From positions 1-30,277 of the forward strand of contig JAFAJU010000092.1 of NCBI GenBank assembly GCA_019236035.1: 30,277 nt of DNA. The letters run 5' to 3'. The notes beneath the pieces are model-generated. The model was not told the origin of the DNA and did no database searches. It worked only from the letters and a program-made list of their open reading frames with translations. Shown here one piece after another: positions 25,114 to 30,277 of the stretch. Position 1 is the stretch's first letter, and each line of letters starts with the position of its first letter. The DNA comes from Verrucomicrobiota bacterium (GTDB taxonomy: Bacteria > Verrucomicrobiota > Verrucomicrobiia > Chthoniobacterales > JAFAMB01). Position numbers and translations under genes: made by a program.

Positions 25114-25325
25114 CGGATTCGGCGCCGAAGGCGCGATATCAAAGAGGCCTAGGGCGTCGGCCTTACCGCGCAGCGGTTACAGATCTCAGGGCTTCAGCCC
25201 TGCGTGGCACGGGCGTCTCGCTCGTGTTCCATGGCCCATCCACGGGCGAGACGCCCGTGCTACAGAGGGCTGAAGCCCAGCCCTAGCCCCCATTTTTTCG
25301 CGTCCTTTAGCGTGTTTCGCGGGCC
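25114..25325. repeat. Composite repeat region
   Basis: cggattcggcgccgaaggcgcgatatcaaagaggcctagggc (25114-25155); cagggcttcagccctg palindrome; REP pair 25204-25225 / 25242-25263. Confidence 0.8.
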
Positions 25326-26207
25326 TCAACACCCTATCAAGATCGGCCAAATCGTTTGCAGCGCACGAAGATTGACCGCACGCCTTTGGGTATCGGCAAC
25401 AGATCGTTCGCGTGGATGATCGAACCGTCCCGCCAGAGCCTGAAACCATGATCCGTACCGCGCGGGCGAAAAAGCGCCACAGAGGTCTCCTCCAACAATC
25501 CGCGCTTTTTGCCGAAGGAGGCTGATTGCCCAGACAATATCAGCCAACGAAAACCGCCCGTTTTCCCAGTTGGTGATTGCCTCGCTCTCCGTCAGGCTGT
25601 CCAGATCCACGGTCACATAGACAGGTAAAGGTTGCAGCGATTCCGCGTATCGGGCAAAAGCCGAACGCCAATCAAGCGTAGACATTGGATAGAGCCAGGA
25701 AGGATAATTTTGGCCCTCAGATCGCCAGGGGGCAACCCACAAGCGACCGGAGCGGCACGCAGACCGGTTTCCGAGCAGACGCCAAGGAAGCCGGCATTCA
25801 AAGCTCCCGCAACCCCAAACTGCGACCTGCTTGACCAGGGGGTTCTCCAGAGCTCGATTGACCCATGCGCCGCACGACCAATGCGGCGGACGGACGTCCC
25901 AGTCCGGATGATTATCAAAGGACACAATTACAAACGGTTCTTTCACTTGACGGACGAAAATCGCTGTCAGGTGATGGAAGTCCCCCGAACCAGAAAGGAC
26001 GAATGGGCGCAAAAGTTCGCCGAATTTTCGATGGAACTCTTCAATCATCCGCCTCGAAGTGATGAATCGCAGGGACGGCCCGATTTCTCGAGCATCTAGA
26101 CGAGAAGGAGGTTCAAAGGACTCCGATCTGCCAAAATCCCAGGCGTCGTCGAACGCAAGCCAAACAGCTCCGGCGGTTTCAGGGCTTGAACCCGGACTGT
26201 TTACCAT
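25326..26207 (-). CDS. Arginase/ureohydrolase-superfamily metallohydrolase
   Basis: GSGDFHHL, FDNHPD (DxHxD) and VTVDLDSL (DxD) metal-ligand motifs; GGDLCG. Confidence 0.75.
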   Translation of the reverse strand: MVNSPGSSPETAGAVWLAFDDAWDFGRSESFEPPSRLDAREIGPSLRFITSRRMIEEFHRKFGELLRPFVLSGSGDFHHLTAIFVRQVKEPFVIVSFDNHPDWDVRPPHWSCGAWVNRALENPLVKQVAVWGCGSFECRLPWRLLGNRSACRSGRLWVAPWRSEGQNYPSWLYPMSTLDWRSAFARYAESLQPLPVYVTVDLDSLTESEAITNWENGRFSLADIVWAISLLRQKARIVGGDLCGAFSPARYGSWFQALAGRFDHPRERSVADTQRRAVNLRALQTIWPILIGC

Positions 26208-27445
26208 AGCTCACTCGCATTCGCGAACTTCCGAATGACCGGATCGTATCTCGTCGGCTCCAGCAGGGGCAGGATTCGTTTAAAGACAGGATTCAGCCAG
26301 CCGTAGGGCGAGCGGACATAGAGGTCCAACGGCTCCAGTTCCATCCTGAAATGGTACTTGGGATCGTAGTTCAAAGGCGCGCTGTGATAGGTGTGAATTC
26401 CGTTCCTGAGTGCCCAGGTGATCGTGTCGCGCCAAGTCAGAAAATAGAGATGATAGTCGAGGGCCACAGAATAATCCAGGCCGATGTAGTTGTCCCGGAG
26501 TACGCCTTGGTGAACGATCGTCGAGGCAAAGGCGATGATCCGGCCCTGTTGCCGCCACAAAAAGAATCTGGCGCGGTCATTCATCCGCTCACCGAGCGCA
26601 CAAAGGTAAGTCTTCGTCAGTTCTTCAAACTTGAATTCTGACCGGCTCAGCGTTTGCCGATACAGCCCATGGACTTCGTCCACGTATGGTGAAATATCGG
26701 CGACAACCTCGCATTCGATCGGCGGCCCGCTCTCTGCCTTGCGAAACTTCTTACGCAGATTTTTCCGCATCGTGTAGCTGACCCGCTGTTTGAGGTAGTC
26801 CTCAAAATCTGCAAAATTCAGATCCAGCTTGGTGGCCGGCATGCTCGGGATCCGCGTAAACCCGCATGCGCGCATCCGGTCCAGATATTGGCGGTAGAAT
26901 TTTGGATAGTCCTTGAAAACAATTAGAACTGCCCGTAGCCGCCGCGCAACCGGCGTCAGGCTCTCTTTCAAAGCGTCAATCGTCCAACCGAAATCGCGAC
27001 TTACCTTTTCGAGAACAATGTCCCCTTCCCCGGCCGAGCAACCAACCATCAGCATTTTTAGCTTCAAGAATCCCGGGAAACGCTTCCGGATCTGAGCCAG
27101 GAGATTCCGAATGAAAGCAGGAGTTCCGGTCGCGAGGTCTTGACTTACAGTCAAGAACGGCTGTATTGCCCGGGTCACGCCGCCGGCGTCCTTAAGCAAC
27201 AGATAGTAATGAACAAACTGATCCTTTAGCGATTCGTGAACAATCTCATAATACCGGTGATCGACCGGGCAATCTTCAAAGCCGGCAACCCAGGTCTCGT
27301 AATCCTCAGCTGGAATAGCATCAACGACCGCCGCTGATCCAAAAGACGTTTTGACGGTGACAAGAAACGAGGGCTGAGACTTTAGCTGCGGATTTTCCGG
27401 AGTTTCCGTTTGTGAATCCCGCGCGGATGAACCTGAAGGATACAT
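26201..27445 (-). CDS. GNAT / FemAB-like acyltransferase (Acetyltransf_6 type)
   Basis: LDLNFADFEDYLKQRVSYTMRKNLRKKFRK, IIAFAS, YIGLDY...LYF, YDPK; overlaps the ureohydrolase gene by 7 nt. Confidence 0.8.
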   Translation of the reverse strand: MYPSGSSARDSQTETPENPQLKSQPSFLVTVKTSFGSAAVVDAIPAEDYETWVAGFEDCPVDHRYYEIVHESLKDQFVHYYLLLKDAGGVTRAIQPFLTVSQDLATGTPAFIRNLLAQIRKRFPGFLKLKMLMVGCSAGEGDIVLEKVSRDFGWTIDALKESLTPVARRLRAVLIVFKDYPKFYRQYLDRMRACGFTRIPSMPATKLDLNFADFEDYLKQRVSYTMRKNLRKKFRKAESGPPIECEVVADISPYVDEVHGLYRQTLSRSEFKFEELTKTYLCALGERMNDRARFFLWRQQGRIIAFASTIVHQGVLRDNYIGLDYSVALDYHLYFLTWRDTITWALRNGIHTYHSAPLNYDPKYHFRMELEPLDLYVRSPYGWLNPVFKRILPLLEPTRYDPVIRKFANASELW

Positions 27446-27530
27446 GGCATCAAAATGGCTCCGACCTGGTTAACGGGCGCCTTAAAACCGTGACTCATAG
27501 AGCCTCATCACCAAGGGCGCAACCCGAATA

Positions 27531-27818
27531 ATGACTAAAACCCTTAAATCTGTTGCGGCTGTTCCGCCCGGTAAACCCTTCTCACCGGATCGCCCCAGCT
27601 GGTATGCCGTAGGCATTGCTTCGATGGCAACCTGGTTCTTTATCTGGCTGCACTTGATACGTTTCTTTGACCTGAATCGCCTATTTGCATTTGAAGGAGT
27701 AAGCCCTCTGTTAGTGGCTGGCGCCTCCGCGCTCTTTCTCGAAGAAAAGATTAGCGCACGCGCATGGTCCGCTTCCGTACTCATCGCATTCGGCATCGTC
27801 CTGGTCGCACTCTTCTAG
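27531..27818 (+). CDS. EamA/SMR-like small membrane protein, apparently lacking the first TM helix
   Basis: WFFIWLHLIRFFDLNRLFAFEGVSPLLVAGASALFLEEKIS...LIAFGIVLV matches the EamA-half/ArnE pattern (FLxEKIS); in-frame stop at 27498 limits it to three helices. Confidence 0.6.
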   Translation: MTKTLKSVAAVPPGKPFSPDRPSWYAVGIASMATWFFIWLHLIRFFDLNRLFAFEGVSPLLVAGASALFLEEKISARAWSASVLIAFGIVLVALF

Positions 27819-28074
27819 TGACTAGTCTGCATCCTCAAAAAGCGGCCTGGCGGCAACCAAATCGTCTCGAACTCGTCCCGATTCTCTGGAGGGGAGCCGC
27901 TTCGGCCCTCGTCAAGCCATGGCCGCCAGATGCAGCTCAAGGCGTCGTAAGCATCGCCGATCCGGAACCTGACAGCGGCTCCCTGGCGTTGCAAGCAATG
28001 CCCCTCCAAGCCTCATTCCTAGATCCAAACCGATTCTACATCAAAGGTGGAGGACGAGTTCGACAGCCAACCAC

Positions 28075-28971
28075 TCACGACGACGCTTGCGAGCTCACTT
28101 CAGGCGTCAGCGGCCGGCTCTTTTTCGGCAATGTCGGGTCCAGGAACGCGAGCGCGTGCGGCGGTGCGATTACTCGGGTCCCTTCCTTGCGCTGTTCCTC
28201 TACGATCTGTGAATGGAGCAGTTTCATTTTCGTCCAATGCAGTTTCGGACGAAAGTGGTGCTCGGCGTGATATCCGTTGTTAAACCAAAGAAGGTTGTAG
28301 ATCTTCTCGTACGAACTGACACCCCAAGCGATCGGTTTGTCAGGGTTCCCGCCGAAATGAAGAAAGTAGCCGTTCAAATACGAAAGACAGTGCCCCAAAT
28401 AATAGAACGGCAAAAAGAACAGGATAAATTTCCAGTTCAAGACGCCCAGTAGAACAAAAAAGCTAAGGAACGCCACAATCTCAATCACACCCCAATGGGC
28501 GTCTGCCGGGCTCTTTCGTTTGACTTCCGCATAAATTGCTTTCGGGTCATCGCGCAAGTAGCTGAGAAAGATGTAGCTCCAAACATTCTCAGCCTCGCCA
28601 TCATGGCCATGTCGATAGATCGATAACCAATCGACGGTCTCCCCGTGTTCATCAGGTTTGTCACTGTTCCCCATATGATGCCTGTGATGCACATATTTAT
28701 AGAATGTTTGAGAGAACCCGAGAGAGAGGGATTCGACCAACCCAAATATTCGATTCAAGGGGCGCCAGGTGAAATAGGGGTTATGCAGAAAGTTATGCGA
28801 GATGCCGTTAATATTCCAGGAGATGCTGATTGAGTAGATGCATCCCATGCAAATCAACAGCCACCAGGGAGCAACGGGAAACAGCGCGAAAAAGGTCAGA
28901 ACATATGCGAAATGCAAAAAACCGCACAGGGCCGGCACCGCATCCCATTTTGAGTAAGCCAAAACCTTCAT
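28075..28971 (-). CDS. Membrane-bound fatty acid desaturase family protein
   Basis: His boxes HNFLH, HHRHH, HAEHH; start set at ATG 28971 (alternative 28986) because the track's N-terminus is translated REP DNA. Confidence 0.88.
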   Translation of the reverse strand: MKVLAYSKWDAVPALCGFLHFAYVLTFFALFPVAPWWLLICMGCIYSISISWNINGISHNFLHNPYFTWRPLNRIFGLVESLSLGFSQTFYKYVHHRHHMGNSDKPDEHGETVDWLSIYRHGHDGEAENVWSYIFLSYLRDDPKAIYAEVKRKSPADAHWGVIEIVAFLSFFVLLGVLNWKFILFFLPFYYLGHCLSYLNGYFLHFGGNPDKPIAWGVSSYEKIYNLLWFNNGYHAEHHFRPKLHWTKMKLLHSQIVEEQRKEGTRVIAPPHALAFLDPTLPKKSRPLTPEVSSQASS

Positions 28972-29020
28972 AAACAGTAGACTCATAGAGTACTTCGAGG
29001 AAATTCGCCACCCGAAGTTT

Positions 29021-29110
29021 TGTGACATGGGCGTCCCGCCCGTGCTTTCAACCGGGACCACGGGCGGGACGCCCATGTCACATTGAGCAAAGCGGGACGC
29101 TTCGCCTACC
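29021..29110. repeat. REP doublet plus variant copy
   Basis: Perfect 24-bp inverted repeat 29021-29044 / 29059-29082 (tgtgacatgggcgtcccgcccgtg); adjacent minus-strand gtaggcgaagcgtcccgctttgc. Confidence 0.85.
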
Positions 29111-29125
29111 TAAGCCGTACTCGTA

Positions 29126-30277
29126 TCAACCCCTGATATCTCTATCCTTAGTCTCCTGGAGAAACAGCATACCGACAACAAAGGTAACGCTGGCGACGAT
29201 GATGGGATACCAGAGACCGGAATAGATATTCCCTGTTGCCACGCTTACCGCGGCAGCAATGAAGGGCAATAGACCCCCAAATATTCCGTTACCAATGTGG
29301 TACGGAAATGACATTGACGTATAACGAATCTGGGTCGGGAACAACTCGACAAGCAGGGCAGCGATCGGCCCATAGACCATGGTGACGTACAGGACGAGGA
29401 TCACAAGTACAAGAATCGCTCCCGGGTAGTTGATCTTTGCTGGATCTGCCACTTTTGGATACCCAGCGGCAGCCAGAGCTGCCCCGAGCGCCTTAGCGTC
29501 ATAGCCCTGCAATTGATTCGAGCCGATCGAAATGGTGACACCCGCTCCGGCTTCAGGCGCCTTAACCGTAAACGAATAGCCTCGCGCGTTCAGATCCTGC
29601 TTGATCTTCTCCAGGTCGGGCCCGTTTTCAGCCGAAATCACTATCGGAGCGCTTTTTAGCGCGGCGGCGAGGGCCGGATTTACGAAATTGGTGAGTTGAT
29701 GAAAAAGTGGGAAATAGGTCAGCACTGCCAGGAGACATCCGGCCATGATGATGCCCTTCCGCCCGACCCTATCCGAAAGCCAACCGAAAAAGATGAAAAA
29801 AGGCGTGCCGATCACCAGGGAAATCGCGATCAGCGTATAGGCCGTCGTAAAGTCTTTGAGACTCAGGGCGTTCTGGAGGAAGAATAAGGCGTGGAACTGT
29901 CCGGTATACCAGACGACCCCTTGGCCGGCGGTTGCACCGAACAAGGCGAGCCAGACGTATTTCGCGTTTGGCATCCTCAAAAAGCTGTCCCGCAAGGGAG
30001 CTGTTGATCCCTTACCCTGCGCCTTCATCTCTGCGAAAATGGGAGATTCCTGAAGTCTCAGCCGGATATACACAGAGATCGCAAGGAGGATGACGGAGAG
30101 CAGAAAAGGAATTCGCCAACCCCAGGCTTTAAAAGCGTCAGCCGACAGCGATAACCGGCAAGTCAAAATCACCGCGAGCGCGAGAAACAGACCCAAAGTG
30201 GCCGTCGTCTGAATCCAGCTCGTGTAAAACCCACGCTTCCCGTGCGGAGCGTGCTCCGCGACGTAAGTAGCAGCGCC
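29126..30277 (-). CDS. MFS transporter, metabolite:H+ symporter (MHS) family, 5'-truncated by window
   Basis: Frame is open to the window end: GAATYVAEHAPHGKRGFYTSWIQTTAT, WGWRIPF, LQESPIF, GWLSDRVGRK, ELFPTQIRYT. Confidence 0.92.
   Translation of the reverse strand, partial: GAATYVAEHAPHGKRGFYTSWIQTTATLGLFLALAVILTCRLSLSADAFKAWGWRIPFLLSVILLAISVYIRLRLQESPIFAEMKAQGKGSTAPLRDSFLRMPNAKYVWLALFGATAGQGVVWYTGQFHALFFLQNALSLKDFTTAYTLIAISLVIGTPFFIFFGWLSDRVGRKGIIMAGCLLAVLTYFPLFHQLTNFVNPALAAALKSAPIVISAENGPDLEKIKQDLNARGYSFTVKAPEAGAGVTISIGSNQLQGYDAKALGAALAAAGYPKVADPAKINYPGAILVLVILVLYVTMVYGPIAALLVELFPTQIRYTSMSFPYHIGNGIFGGLLPFIAAAVSVATGNIYSGLWYPIIVASVTFVVGMLFLQETKDRDIRG

Noticed and set aside
24677-25273. 198-aa plus-strand ORF (and 24666-24968, 24673-24921)
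   Set aside because: Antisense or alternate-frame shadows of the repetitive precursor gene, ending in REP DNA.
27764-28270. 168-aa plus-strand ORF after the EamA-like gene
   Set aside because: Crosses a ggagccgct/agcggctcc hairpin and overlaps the desaturase antisense; no domain features.
1301-30053. Remaining 60-200 aa ORFs nested in or antisense to called genes
   Set aside because: Typical shadow ORFs of GC-rich coding DNA; none shows a recognisable motif or independent start signals.
1-30277. CRISPR array
   Set aside because: Repeats are dispersed hairpins in intergenic gaps, not regularly spaced direct repeats with unique spacers; no cas genes.

Overview
Bacterial chromosomal window, all ordinary genes plus accessory modules; no integrase, transposase, CRISPR or rRNA. 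Repeat style and protein appearance suggest a soil Verrucomicrobiota (Spartobacteria/Chthoniobacterales-like) genome, which is inference only. Left to right: 5' end of fumC; Xis-HTH/receiver regulator; a minus-strand inositol-type operon (iolD, transketolase N-subunit, iolG, iolB, DeoR) lacking iolE/iolC and the transketolase C-subunit; an aldo-keto reductase; a plus-strand glycosyltransferase / FkbM methyltransferase / sulfotransferase / ABC-2 exporter / fatty-acid-hydroxylase locus; rex with an unannotated small membrane ORF; dnaX-ybaB (no recR); a PspA/IM30 + classical AAA ATPase pair; tRNA-Asn(GTT); an unannotated 54-58 aa ORF; a bufferin-like MNIO (DUF692) RiPP operon with a 6-Cys precursor, extended by a secreted DUF255/SPATA20-like thioredoxin protein and flanked by an inverted repeat pair; ureohydrolase-like + GNAT + EamA-half + fatty acid desaturase genes; and the 3' part of an MFS transporter. 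Most intergenic spaces carry REP-like hairpins of several families, four of which overlap the TAG stop of the adjacent gene. Best candidates for new biology: the PspA-AAA pair, the extended MNIO operon, the remodelled iol operon and the sulfated/methylated glycoconjugate export locus.
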